Below are positions 32,018 through 44,168 of a stretch of 64,000 bases of DNA, piece after piece. The position numbers and the translations under genes were made by a program. Location: positions 496,001 to 560,000 of the forward strand of contig JAMWBK010000013.1 of NCBI GenBank assembly GCA_029953675.1, in the 5' to 3' direction. Every line of letters begins with the position of its first letter. Position 1 is the first letter of the stretch. The notes beneath the pieces were generated by a model that saw only the letters and a list, made by a program, of their open reading frames with translations, was not told the origin of the DNA and made no database searches. This stretch comes from Rhodosorus marinus CCMP1338 (taxonomy: Eukaryota; Plantae; Rhodophyta).

Positions 32018-34081
32018 ATGGATGTCGCACGCAATATGAAAGCGGTTGGAGTGCTTCTGGTGGTGTTGACGGCCCTTATTCGAGGTGCTCTCAGTCAGAG
32101 GCTTTACTATGTTAACGTAAGGGCTGACTTCGGGACTACGCTTAACACTGGTGGTGTGGAAACCTTCTCAAGGAGACAGTTTGTCAATGGCCACGGAACA
32201 TTTAAGCCAGATTTGGATGTTGTTCCTCAGAAGCTGCTGGATTATTTGACCACTGATCTCCAAGTATCCTTCAGTAGGTCTTCCAGAGGCCCATTCAAGG
32301 GAACATCACTTCCCCCTACCACATCACTGTCCAAGGTGCGGACGGATGGGAGAAAGAATCTGAGTATAAAGGACGATTACCGACTCAGGTTTGTAAGCGA
32401 GCAGCGGGTTGTCACGGATGATCCCAAGACGATCCCAGAAATTACCAAAAACGAACAAACAGAGTCCAGAGCTATCACCTACGCAGGATTCTTCTTTAAG
32501 TACTTCTACAACAATGAGTTTGTCCCCCCGAAATATTACGAGTGTTTCAATGAGCCAATGGGCAAAGCCCAGGCACTGAAGAAGAAGGGCGAGAGTCAGA
32601 CAGAATTTATTGAAAGAATCTCCAGACTATGCACGAGACTCTGCAGAGAGGTGCGAAAGCACGTGCCTGAGACACGGACGGGTGGTCCAGCGAATGAGTT
32701 TGTTCGCCCTTCCTTCAATGACTTCGAAATGTTCAAGAACAGGATAAAGATATGGATGGACACCTCTGCGAGGGGAGGATGCCAAAGATTCGTATCCGAG
32801 CACGTCTATAACATCGGAGGCTCCTATGCTGAGGCCAATCTAGACCTTATTGGAACCTACACATCATGGTTGAACGATGGGGGAAAGCCAGATAAGTACC
32901 TCGTCAGCGAGATGGGACAGTATGTGGCCAGCTGGTACAACCGCAATAGGGGGTTTGCAGCTCGCCCCCTGTCCTCAAGGAACTTTTCGATAATCAACGA
33001 GGCTCTTAAAGTGTTGATGATGTTGATGAGGGTACCTGACAACGTCCTCCAGGTGATAACCTTTATTAATTTGGAAACCCAAGAACAAAGGGACATCAGG
33101 AATGGCAGACCCTATCCATGGAGCATGATTAACGAGAAGCAAGATGGCTCCGTAGAGTTTACAGACCTTGTGAAGTACTTCGAGCTTCTCAAGGGGTTCG
33201 ATGGAAATTTCGTCTACTCCAGCTCCGACGACATTCAGCTTAGCGTCAACGCACTCGCAACGAGGCAGAGGGGCTTTATCATCATGCAAAACCTATCTGG
33301 GAAACCAGCTCGCGTCAAATTTAACTTTCCCCACGGAATGGATAAGCTGAAGAGATGGACCCGTCGGCGTCTCCGAATCAGTGACGAGAAGCCCACAAAC
33401 GAGGAGAAGAGGCAGAACATTCTGGTGGGTGGAAACTTGATGTGGAAGATTGCTGGGAAACGGGCCAAGGCGGGGGGGACACTTACGCTTCCTGACACCA
33501 TTCGCCTGGACCAGTACGAGACGACGGTATTTCAGGTAACTTTTGACAAAGATTCGCGAGACCTGAGGTCTGTAAAACGATCACGGCACTTCGCGAAATC
33601 TGTTGAAAACAGCAGGAACTTGAAACCTGACTTCCCTGCACCAATCGAAAAGGACCAGAAGGTACACTACTTCTTCGACGACCTCCCAACATCATCACGA
33701 GGCGTTGTCGCGATTCGCATTGCTCATTCTCGACCACTCGGCAAAGTGGACAAGCCGAAGGTCTGGATTAACAATGTCCTGGTTCCATCTGAGTCCTTCA
33801 GTGCCGACGTAGCAGGAGGTTACAGAAAGTTTTCCGACGGAAGCTACTACGGTGTTTTCATAGTCTACTACGACCTCGAGGACTTTACGAAGGGAAAGCG
33901 TGCAAAGGTTTCTGTGTCCTACCCTGACAACGGCGGATGGTCTGTTTCAGTAGTCCTAGAGGTCGATCAATGCAGCGGTTCATCTTGCTGCGTGTTGGGT
34001 CATAGGAAGAATAGTCGAGCGTGCAAACCAAACAATGATAATGGAAATCGGAGGCCAATGCCAACACCTGTGCCGACGTAG
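32018..34081 (+). CDS. Secreted GH86-like beta-porphyranase/beta-agarase (clan GH-A), intronless
   Basis: Signal peptide; acid/base motif YECFNEP, nucleophile VSEMG; co-linear with remembered Bacteroides plebeius porphyranase BpGH86A (EPLNEP, ISEFG, SSNPDIQV, KPVVKING, FSDGGGHVSSMIL vs YPDNGGWSVSVVL). Confidence 0.82.
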   Translation: MDVARNMKAVGVLLVVLTALIRGALSQRLYYVNVRADFGTTLNTGGVETFSRRQFVNGHGTFKPDLDVVPQKLLDYLTTDLQVSFSRSSRGPFKGTSLPPTTSLSKVRTDGRKNLSIKDDYRLRFVSEQRVVTDDPKTIPEITKNEQTESRAITYAGFFFKYFYNNEFVPPKYYECFNEPMGKAQALKKKGESQTEFIERISRLCTRLCREVRKHVPETRTGGPANEFVRPSFNDFEMFKNRIKIWMDTSARGGCQRFVSEHVYNIGGSYAEANLDLIGTYTSWLNDGGKPDKYLVSEMGQYVASWYNRNRGFAARPLSSRNFSIINEALKVLMMLMRVPDNVLQVITFINLETQEQRDIRNGRPYPWSMINEKQDGSVEFTDLVKYFELLKGFDGNFVYSSSDDIQLSVNALATRQRGFIIMQNLSGKPARVKFNFPHGMDKLKRWTRRRLRISDEKPTNEEKRQNILVGGNLMWKIAGKRAKAGGTLTLPDTIRLDQYETTVFQVTFDKDSRDLRSVKRSRHFAKSVENSRNLKPDFPAPIEKDQKVHYFFDDLPTSSRGVVAIRIAHSRPLGKVDKPKVWINNVLVPSESFSADVAGGYRKFSDGSYYGVFIVYYDLEDFTKGKRAKVSVSYPDNGGWSVSVVLEVDQCSGSSCCVLGHRKNSRACKPNNDNGNRRPMPTPVPT

Positions 34082-34199
34082 TACGGATCTTGAAGTACTT
34101 TGGTTACTCAACGTCCACGTACTACTTGGCGGTGAAGGGGTCACCGTCAGCAGGAAGCGTCAATTGGTGAACATGTACATTAGGAATTAAATACCAATC

Positions 34200-35500
34200 C
34201 GAAATTCTCACAGTTTTTTTCCTCGGCTTATTAATATGTCGCTCTCCTCCCGCCAACACCTCGCTGATCATCTAAGGGGAAAGACAGAACAAGGCCCACT
34301 GGTGTCGATGGAAAACCCCTCACTGCAAGGTCGTAAGCTCGTGCTGCCAGTGTAAGCAACTGACTAGCTCGAATCCACTTGAACCCGATACGCCCTGCTG
34401 ACTTGAGACGGTATTCTCGACCCAAATCTCCATCGCGATGATCCACTATAGATAGAAGAACACGCCGATTGTCGGGAAAGATCCCATACCGAGGATCACC
34501 TCCCTCTCGTCGATCTTTGCTCCACTCCCGTAATCTGTTCACATGAACTATAGATTCCTTCTCCCGACTTGCTTCACTCGCAATCATTTAGCTAAACATC
34601 TGATAGCCATGTTTTCAACATATACGGTCCCACCATGGGGTCTTCAACTTGCGCCCGACGCCGAGATCGTCTGGAGGGTAGTACCAAACCACCGTATCCC
34701 CCTGTGGAACTTTGTCTACTTAACTGTACCATCAGACGCCTTCTTTGCCACATGCTTCGCCTTCCAACTGCGATCGTACTACTCCCGATGCAAACATCCG
34801 ATGATGATTTACGCGCCAGAGTAGAACAAGCTACCGGCGAGAAAGTCACTAGCAGTACTGCGACATGTAGCCCCTGCATGAGGGAAACGTGCATAAACTT
34901 CATTTTTAGACGCTTCCGAACACTACGTCACTGGACATAGTTGTCCACCAAAATTGCCTCTGTAGTCGACCCAACGTTCTCACTACACAAGGATGACCAA
35001 CTGTGATAGCCCCGTGACAAGGACGTAGAACTTCTTCTCTGCAAAACGTCCGGAGCCAGTATTGGTGACCCTTTTTCTCCACGCGACACAGCAACCCGTC
35101 TTCGTTGATGATAAACTTCCCCGCCCTGTCCTCCGCCGTAGAAACGGCTCCAGAGCACCAAACTCCGCCACTTCAGCTTTCCTAAGCTCATGAATGGCGT
35201 TCTTTTGGTCGCCCCAAGAGTCGCCGTGCAACGTTTCTGACCTAGGAGCCCTCATGAACGTTCTTCCCTTGCCTCATCCCGGTGGGAAGGTAACTTCCTA
35301 CTTTGCGCGACTCGCTACACACCCACCATTAGACACGCAGTCACCTCGCCAGCTACGGCCCCTTCCACTGGGTTGCGTTAGTCTTGGATGAACGTGTGGG
35401 ATTCACCCCAACTGAATATTGCTCGACAAAGAAGGTCATGCGATCCGAGTTGAACTGCATACGTCCAGGGCATGGTAGAGTAAGACGGAGAATTCTAGAC
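34200..35500 (-). mobile_element. Degenerate chromovirus-type Gypsy (RNase H, integrase H2C2, chromodomain)
   Basis: CH...GHPCVVRTLGRLQRQFWWTTMSSDV; VHVNRLRE; SIVDHR...REY...KW. Confidence 0.75.
34793..34895 (-). pseudogene. 103-bp copy of a fragment of the neighbouring MATE coding sequence
   Basis: About 87% identical by eye to 39091-39193; MHVSLMQGLHVAVLLVTFSPVACSTLARKSSSDV vs MYVSLILGLLVAVLLLTFSPGACSALAGKSSADI. Confidence 0.85.
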
Positions 35501-35520
35501 GACGCAGTAGGTGGAGAACA

Positions 35521-36651
35521 ATGAGCCGAGGTGAGGAGCAGGTGGGAGGTCATGGAGGTAGCATGGTAGTGGAAGGGTCGCATCTTCTCAAAGCGTGCCT
35601 GGAGCCAGAGTTGGAGTTTTATAAACGATTAGAAAATGACTCTCTGGCGGAGTACGCCCCAGAATTCCATGGAACAGTTACGAAGGACGGGAAAGAATTT
35701 CTGGTGCGTTGATCAGCTTCCTGACAAGGAAAAAATGCGTGGACAACTCATCACGGCGTATTTTTTGTGGCAGATTCTAGAAAACCTCACCGAAGGAATG
35801 CAAGATCCGGTTGTTATGGATATAAAAATGGGAACCACAACTTTTGTCGAGGGTGCAGAAGATCTAGATACGAAAAGGATGGATCTGCTCAAGAAAATGA
35901 TCAAGGTAACGCAAAAAAAAACAGATAAATCTCCAGCACGAAACAAGGTTCCTAAAGGAAAATTTTGTTTATTGCAAACTTAGGTTGATCCAAACGCACC
36001 GTCAGAGCGTCAACGAGAGACTGGAATCAGCAAGCGCGAGTACATGCTGTTCAGGGAAGGAATCAGCTCAACTACCAGCCTAGGGTTTCGAATTGAGGGC
36101 ATAAAGCGCATCCACGCAGACGACGCCTCCAAGGTACTGCTGCCGCGAGCTATACGGATAAAAGATTGAAGTCACGCCCTCATAGTTTCGGGTTTGGAAC
36201 GTTTTGGGCCGTGCACGTTTTAGATTGAGATTGATTTCAAGAAGGTTAAGTCCCCCGACCAAGTGCTGGAGGCCCTGAAAGTTTTCACTAGTTTTCGACC
36301 TCAAGTAGCTGCCGAATTCAAAAAGCTCTTAGCCGAACTGGAGCAAGTTCTTCGAGGGAGTAGGTTATTCGCATCTCACAAAGTAAGTTCTGAACCTAAC
36401 CCCTCAACCCAGAAAACAAAAAGAAGCTAAGTTTTTTCTCATCCCCCCCTTAAAACCCACCGCAGGCGACCGGATCCTCAATTCTCTTTTTGTATGATGC
36501 GAAGAGCAGCACGGTAAAGCTCCGCCTCATCGATTTTGCCAAAACCCTTCCGTCGAACAAGCATGTTTCTCACGAGCACGGGGAGGATTCAGGTGATGGC
36601 TACTTCTACGGACTCGGCAAGCTAGCTGACATATGGAACCTTCTGACTTAG
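35521..36651 (+). CDS. Inositol polyphosphate kinase (IPK/IPMK family), ~5 exons
   Basis: QVGGH, PVVMDIKMG (PxxxDxKxG), SSTTSLGFRIEG, GSSIL, LIDFA; GT-AG introns near 35704, 35906, 36134, 36382. Confidence 0.9.
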
Positions 36652-37829
36652 TACTCATTTCCGCCGAGCTCGTCGAGGTTCGCATCGTTTCGCATTAGAC
36701 GAGGCAGCTGTCTGCAAGACATGATCCGTAATGTTGGCAATTCAATCTGTGTCCAAAACCATCGAGTCTGCATATGTCCTACTTGTGAACGAGGTAAAAC
36801 CTGAAAAAATCTCGTTCGTTTAACATAGAGTTCTAAACCTGTGAGCTGAAGAGAGCACCTTAGCTGACGGCACCTTAACTGATACGGAGAAAGTCACTTC
36901 ACAAGTCCCCTCAACCCCTTCCCGAGCCAAGCCATCCGCCCTGTGCCAGTCGTCACTTGAGCGTGACTTTCGCTACCTGAAATCTCTTCCAAACAGGCTC
37001 GAGACGGAACCATTTCTGAAAATTGCGGCAGGACAGTAAGATGGTTCATCAGTACCAAAAAACTCCGCATCTTGCCATGAGAATAACTAAACAGTACTCC
37101 GCCAGCTGGCTGGTGCCGCGTGCGAGTCGTTGATCGTCGTGCCCAGTACTGGATAAGAGCGCCTAGTAACCATAATACGCGCTATACAAAATGAAAGCGC
37201 TAACGGATCCCGGAGCGTATCCCTGAGGCCTACTCACAAACCGCGAAAAGAGTATATAATTAAAGAGTTAGCACTGGACGATGATAGTTTTTTCGAGGAT
37301 ACTCTCGTCGAGGAATTAGTGCGCAACACTTATCTGTCAGCTGAGACTGTACTGGAAGTGGTTTCTCTTCCATGCGCACCTTTGAAGCTCATAAAGGTCG
37401 ACGTTGGTGGCAGTTTCTGGTCTCCTGACGGTAATTGCCGAAGTAATTCATACAGTAAAAGGGCTCGTGATTGGTTCAGTTTCGTAACCGCAAGATTAGA
37501 TCAAACGTCATTTGAGAAGTAGGGACCAAGTGGACGTCAAAGGAGCCAAGAGACAAAACGGCCAGAATGCTCAGTTAGCTGGAAAAAGATAATTAAGTTC
37601 AGCTATACGCTATTTACGAAACAAGCTCCATTGAATCTTCGGCCTAGTTTCCTTCCTCTCATGGTAGGTGCAGTGAATGGACGATGACGGTGGAATGTAT
37701 GGCGCATGCTGAGTTCCGAGCACCTCACTGATGAACTAGTGTGGTTTGGCGGTCCTCAAATTGTGCACAATACTGTCTTCCCGCTTGCCATCTATTGGAG
37801 CTCCTCTGGTAGCGCAGGGCGCTTTCGCG

Positions 37830-38035
37830 GTGGCAGTGATTTTTCGAACACCTATGCACCCATGCGCCGATGAGCTGAAACTTCCAACTCAATCGTGAAA
37901 CCCTCTCCCTTGCACATACTCACAAAGGCCCTGTCGTGGTGGTGGTGATTTTTTTCGAACAACTATGTACCCATGCGCAGATACGCTGAACCTTCCAACC
38001 CAATCTAGAATCTCTCTCAGTGCACATCCTCACCA
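37830..38035. repeat. Diverged ~108-bp tandem duplication
   Basis: gtgattttt(t)cgaaca(c/a)ctatg(c/t)acccatgcgc...gctgaa(a/c)cttccaac occurs twice. Confidence 0.75.
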
Positions 38036-38617
38036 TGAGCTGAACACGATTGGTTTCAATGCTAAAATCCGAGCAAATAGCTTGCAAAGATCCTCGGCGA
38101 AAAAGTCGCAAGGCTAAAGTGAGCTTCAAGGACTGAATAGAATTCTAACTACATTAGGACTGATAAGTCCCAAACGCGCTTCTGGCCTGTCCTGAGATTT
38201 CGGTTGCCACTCATTTTGATCTTGTTTGATCGGGAGATCGGCAACTGAATCTGGCTTCGATCTTTCGAATATGTGGGTACTGTGGGTCTCACGGAGAAGG
38301 ATAAAACGGCAGGGGTGCAGTTGTGGAAATAGGCCAGATATTAATCCGAACTTGACGACGACAGAGGAGCAAACCTGATTTCTGTGAAAGCTTTACATAC
38401 CCGCTTAATCCGATCTCGCTTCGATCTCGCTTTTGTGAGAGCGCTGCACAATCCTCAGGTGTTGCGTGTGATTGGGTTGGCTGTTGCTATGGCCGCTGTG
38501 ATGAATAAGAGCTCGTGGGAACTTAATGCCGTCCAGACGTCAGAATTCTAAATTGGGTTGCATTGTCGTGGAGGCAAGACTTTCTAGCTCATATTCGTTT
38601 GCCGCCGCTCTGACAGA

Positions 38618-40183
38618 ATGAAGCCGGACAGAGAGAGAGAGCATGCCAGAGCTGCGGGCGATTCTGTTGGTTTTGACCGAGTCGCGTCGCACGGGTTGGC
38701 GTTCATGGTCGGCAATGCACTCCCGAGCGTACGCACAGTACGGCGTCCCGTGCAGCGTTCAAAGGTTGCCTGCATTACCAACCCCGTACCGTCGAGATTC
38801 AAGCCGAAGCGGTTTGTAAAGGGGTTGGTGTCAATCGACCGCAAACGTGACAGAAAGATTTTGGGGATAGCTTTACCTGCATTATTCACCTTGATGGTTG
38901 AGCCAATGCTCTCAGCAGTGGATACTGGATTCATCGGTCGGCTTGGCGTATCTGAGTTAGCTGGAGTTGGAATCGCCGTCGCTCTTATCCGGTCGTCATT
39001 TGCCCTCTTCAACTTCCTGGCTGCATCTACTACGCCGACAGTGGCCGCAGCTTCGGATCGGGAGGAATGCTCGAAGATTATCGTTGAGAATATGTACGTT
39101 TCCCTCATACTGGGGTTACTTGTCGCAGTACTGCTATTGACTTTCTCGCCGGGAGCTTGTTCAGCTCTGGCGGGTAAATCATCAGCGGATATTGTTCCAA
39201 TAGCTGTTCTGTACGCTAGATGGCGCGCGATTGCTGCCCCAGCTTTGTTCGGCGGTTTTGTCTTGAGCGGGGCGCTGAGGGGTTTACAGGATACGATCAC
39301 TCCGCTCATATCAGCGCTAGCATCAAATGGACTTAACGTGGTTCTGGACTACATTACGATTTACTACCTCAATTGGGGGGTTGCAGGAGTCGCGATAGCG
39401 ACTAGCATATCTCAAATAGCGAACACTGTGATCCTGCTTGTGGCAATGCTCAACAGACGCATAGTGAATTTCAAGGATCTGTCCAGACTCCCTTCTATGG
39501 ACACTGTGCGACAGGTAGGGTTCGGAGCGGTGCTATCTATTCGAACGATGAGCATACTAGCGACGTTCATCAGCTCAAGCCGATTGGCAGCTTCGCGAGG
39601 GGCCGTCGCTCTTGCTGGGTACGAAGTCGCGCGTCAAGTATGGATTTTCCAGGCTTTCGTCCTTGACGCTCTGGCTGTTGCAGCGCAGAGCTTCATCTCC
39701 GGGTTTCTTGCGAAAGGCAATATGTTCGAAGCCCGTCGGTATAGTTCGAGACTGCTGCAGATCGGACTATGGTGTGGGGCGCTTCTTGGTGTCCTTGTAT
39801 GGGCTTCATCTAGTTCGATTCCGGCTTTGTTCGTTGGAGACCCAGCAACTAGAGAGATGGCAGGAACAATGTTGAGGTACATCGCTCCGTTGCAACCTAT
39901 CTGCGCTCTGGTTTTTGTTTACGACGGGATCTTTATTGCTGCACGCGATTTTACTTATACTGCGCAAAGCATTTTCTTAGCTGGTGTGGGTTCGTGGATT
40001 GCCCTAGTATACGCGGCATCCCTTCCAGCAACTAGCGTGGGTGCTGTTTGGATGGGTGTCAATGTGCTAATGATAGGCCGTGCGGTCGCGCTTGGCTCCC
40101 GATATTTATCGCGCCGCGGGCCTATTCCGCCCTCATCAGATGACGACGTGGAGGAATTAGAAGCCCCCAAACCTGCTCAGTAG
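38618..40183 (+). CDS. MATE (DinF-like) efflux transporter, probably plastid-targeted; start may be the ATG near 38705
   Basis: IALPALFTLMVEPMLSAVDTGFIGRLG, GALRGLQDT, DALAVAAQS, VFVYDGIFIAARDF. Confidence 0.93.
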   Translation: MKPDREREHARAAGDSVGFDRVASHGLAFMVGNALPSVRTVRRPVQRSKVACITNPVPSRFKPKRFVKGLVSIDRKRDRKILGIALPALFTLMVEPMLSAVDTGFIGRLGVSELAGVGIAVALIRSSFALFNFLAASTTPTVAAASDREECSKIIVENMYVSLILGLLVAVLLLTFSPGACSALAGKSSADIVPIAVLYARWRAIAAPALFGGFVLSGALRGLQDTITPLISALASNGLNVVLDYITIYYLNWGVAGVAIATSISQIANTVILLVAMLNRRIVNFKDLSRLPSMDTVRQVGFGAVLSIRTMSILATFISSSRLAASRGAVALAGYEVARQVWIFQAFVLDALAVAAQSFISGFLAKGNMFEARRYSSRLLQIGLWCGALLGVLVWASSSSIPALFVGDPATREMAGTMLRYIAPLQPICALVFVYDGIFIAARDFTYTAQSIFLAGVGSWIALVYAASLPATSVGAVWMGVNVLMIGRAVALGSRYLSRRGPIPPSSDDDVEELEAPKPAQ

Positions 40184-41441
40184 CTTCCCTTGAGCAACCT
40201 GTAAATATGGAGTGTCCTGATTGTGTCGATATGTCTGTCAGAGTTCCGTAGAATACATACAAGCACAATAGATTTGACCGATTGCCGAGCGCGGAAGATG
40301 CAGCGAGATACAACGGAGCGCCTGATCGGTCCGTGGGAATACATACAAATCAAGAGCATTTGAAGCGATTGCAGGGCGCGGAACCTCAAGAAGATTACTA
40401 GCCCGGAGCAGGAACCTTCCTGAGACAGTGTTTCATCAATGACCTCCTGGACGACACTAGCACATGCCCAACCTCGTGTATCATGAACAAGAAACGTTAG
40501 TGCCAATATTTTATGTGCGACTTCGTTAATACTAAAGTTTTACCTCTTGAAAGCTATCGATTGGTTACCATTTAATGCTAGATCGAAGACATGCCATCGG
40601 TCTAGGCTTTTTACTAGGAATCAGCCTTCCCGATTGGAGGCTGGTAATGCAAAGGCTGGTGGTAAATGTCTGAACTAAACCGGACACTCCCGCCGCAGAT
40701 CTGGCGTCGTTCTCACAGATCTTACCTATAAGCTCTTGGATGCTGTGTATCCTGACTAGAAGATATCGATGATTGGACTCTCAACGGAAGGTTGACCGTC
40801 AAGACGGACTCTGCAGCACGTCCTCGCGTACTTGCGGTGGAGGACAGAGCAGCGCCACGAACAGCTCCTGGACCCCGACCAATTGTGTCTAGAGAGCGTT
40901 CGGCGGATTTGGTTTACTGCAAACATGACTGTTTGCGCGGCATCCGCTTCGTCCTCGGCGCAAAACCATGCAAACAGTGGCAAGGCTCTTTTTTTTTCGG
41001 GTAGTTTTCTCGAACTAGTGTTGCAAAGATTATCTTGGTGAAACGCAAGGTAATTTACCAACAACGAAAACCAGCGAAAGGCAGCATGGACTCGAAAAAA
41101 AATTGTCCAAGCAAGTTCTTGTTTAAGGAGTTCTACAAGCGAGCTCGCGAAGCACAATGGTCGAATGAAATACACGTATCTAGGGCACATTTGCATAGTT
41201 TACCCAACGCCAACCCAATTATTCTTGTGAAAGCGCAGAAGCCAGTTGCAAGTAGTGCGGTCAGCTTTGCGAGGCCAAAAAAAAAAAAGGGACGCGTGAT
41301 GGTCAGGATCGCTTTGCTTGTGCTAACGCGCTTGGCAAGAACAAAAGTCGGAGCAGCGGAATAGGCCTCGGGCTCAGTGAGCAAAACAGCACATGGCTTG
41401 AACCTTGACAACTCGGTCGTTGCAAAGGATGAATTTAGTTT

Positions 41442-43197
41442 ATGGCTAGAATGAAAACGTACCATCTTGGGCAGCAGATCCAGTGTATTTCAGCGAACGC
41501 TGACGTTTCGCTCTTGTCTTGTCTGGTGGGGAAGGATGTCTTGAAGGTACTCCGTGTGGAGCCGTTGTCTGTAGCTGATGCGGACACGCCCAGCGATGAC
41601 GAGCCATCTATACAACTGGTGAGAACCTACAAGCATTGGGGAGCCAGGGCGAGATATCCAATCGGCCATGTAGCATGGAACCCCCACAAAAGTCACGAAC
41701 ACATCATTGTGGGGGGAGCCATGAACGGGCAATTGATTTTCTGGACTCTCGGTACCTCAAACTACACTACTGTAAGCCAGAACACTTCTCAAGCGTCTCA
41801 AGGACTCTCAGCCTGATTGTTTGCTTTCTCGAGTTCCATCAGTTCTGATAAAGCTTGCTCGATGAATTGTTTGATAGGTTCCTGTGACAATGGAAGCGCA
41901 CCAGCGAGCTGTTCGGCGTGTGGTTTGGCACCGTGAGTCTGCTTCGTGTTTGTTATCGGTCTCGACAGACTCAGTTCAAAAGCTGTGGGATACAAGAGAC
42001 ACTAGTGCGCCGGTAGCCACATTTCGAAATCCAGCTCACTTCGTGGCAACAGATGCAGTTTTCTCACACCTAGACACGCACATGGTTGCCGTTGCTTTCT
42101 CCAACGGAAACGTTCACACCTACGACGACAGAATGCCCTCGGCTCCGGTTTGGACCAAGCGAGCACACAATGCGGGTGCTTACTGCCTTGCCTGGCACCC
42201 CACAGGCGGGGGCGTTTTGTCAAGCGGAGGACGCGATCGATATATTCATGTGTGGGACACGAACACAGACCAAGAGCTGGCATCGTTAAACTGTGTAACA
42301 ACCCCGTCACGCATAGCCTGGCGGCCGATGCCAGATGGCAGCAGCTCAACCCAGATTGCTTGTAACTCTGTTGCTGGGTCTGTCAACGTTCCAACTGAAC
42401 TCGAGACCCGTGTGGCTGTATGGGACACTAGATATCCCAATCTTCCAAGTCGGACGTTGCTTGGCAACCGAAACTATGTTACTGATCTCATGTGGGCATC
42501 TGCTGCAGACAGTATTTTCACATCATCCCGAGACGGCATGGTTTCTCGGCTGGTCCTGAGGGACGGGAATCGGCCTTATGAGGAGCTTCCATCGGCCGCG
42601 CTTGCGGTGGATAAATTCTTCGACCACATGGCATTCTGTCATGAAGAAGTGTGCAGGGATGTAGGCGTTGATGGGCACGTGCCCAGTGCAATGAAAGTGG
42701 AGGACAATCCGTTTTCGCGGATCCCACCGAACCGACCCGTTGGTCAGGTCCGCATTGCTCATACACCGTTTCTCAGCGACAGTCGTGCTCAGTTCGTGGC
42801 GCTTGCCACCGAGTATAGTGTTCGGTCGACAAATCGTAAGAGCACATGCGAAGACAACGCGCTAATTGCGGATAATAGAGGCGCTGGGGAGTCTGCGGCA
42901 CTGTGGAGGATCTGCGCAGGTCTTGAAGAAGAAGCAAATTCTGTCCTGGCTCAGCAAATTCGAAAGCGCTTCATCTGGGACACGACAAAACGTCTTAGTG
43001 CCATCGGCAAATTTCAGATGTCAATAATGCTCGCATGTGTGTACAGAAGCCTGAATGATCTTGGGCTCGAGAGCGCTGAACACGTTGCTAGATCTGCTCA
43101 ACTTTATTCGCAAGTTCTTCGAAGCGTAGATCTCATTGTAGAAGCACGAGAGATAAGAGGAATACTCGGTCTTAACTCCTGGATGCCATTGTCATGA
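41442..43197 (+). CDS. WD40 protein resembling WDR24/Sea2 (GATOR2/SEACAT); 3' end uncertain
   Basis: HQRAVRRVVWH, AFSNGNV..YDDR.P, AHNAGAYCLAWHP...LSSGGRDRYIHVWD, RIAWRP, VAVWDTRYP; intron ~41771-41878. Confidence 0.7.
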
Positions 43198-44096
43198 GCG
43201 AAGGAAAAAACAAGGACCTACGAATTCAAGGAGTTGAAATTTTGATGGCTTTGATGGTCGTCTTCAAGGAGAGCATGAGTCTACGCATCTCCACTGAGGG
43301 CGTCCGGCGAACGTTTCCCGCTCTAAAAGGCGTAGTCTGGACTATACCGTTCTGTCTTTCTCATGGGAACGGCGAGAGGGAACCGACGTGTCTCCAAAGT
43401 ATAATTAGCCACCCCTGAGGACATAAGCATGACGGTATTCTTTTAGGTTAGGACAGATGGTTTTTTGCAAATTCTGACAGCAAGAGTGAATCTTCGGGAA
43501 CCTTCTAAATGGTGAAGGTAAGCCTACCAGAAGAAAATCGGCCAAATCAAATCACCTCTCTGCCGAGTAATAAACAAGAGAATTTTAAGCGAACGAGGAC
43601 GCCCTGGTTGCAGCTGACATCCTACCGGGGAATGTCGAGACCGACCGATATTGGCACCCCGCAAAAACTTGAGCTGCTCTGAGACAGTGAGGAAGTCTTA
43701 TCGTATCGATGTGCTTCTTGAAGCTCGCCGCGGGTAGCATCATGTCATCATCACCGCTCGAGACTCACCCTTCTTCATAAAATCAACGCCAAAGTAAGCG
43801 CCTATGGCGGCTAACTACACCGCTCCTATGAAGCTCAAAGAACACTTTCATTCTCGATGATTGTAGTCCAGTCTGACAGTTCCTCGCTGATTGAAAGACA
43901 CGATTCCCTCTCCATGCCAAGCAAAGCCAGTCCGTAGTCAAAAAGGGGCCATAGCAGCATATACCAACTACAGGGCGCGACCTCGTTTTCAGGATCCAAC
44001 CTCCCGCTATTGCTCAATTTTTATATATCTTTAGAACTTTATTACAACTGCTCTTGCTCAATTTTTATATCTTTAGAACTGGCACTATGTAATGTC

Positions 44097-44168
44097 GTTC
44101 CTGTAGTATAGGGGTCAGTACACCCGCCTGTCACGCGGGAGACCCGGGTTCAATTCCCGGCGGGATCG
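44097..44168 (+). tRNA. tRNA-Asp(GTC)
   Basis: Cloverleaf GTTCCTG/CGGGATC, anticodon arm CCCGC-CTGTCAC-GCGGG, T arm CCGGG-TTCAATT-CCCGG, G73, downstream T run. Confidence 0.93.
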
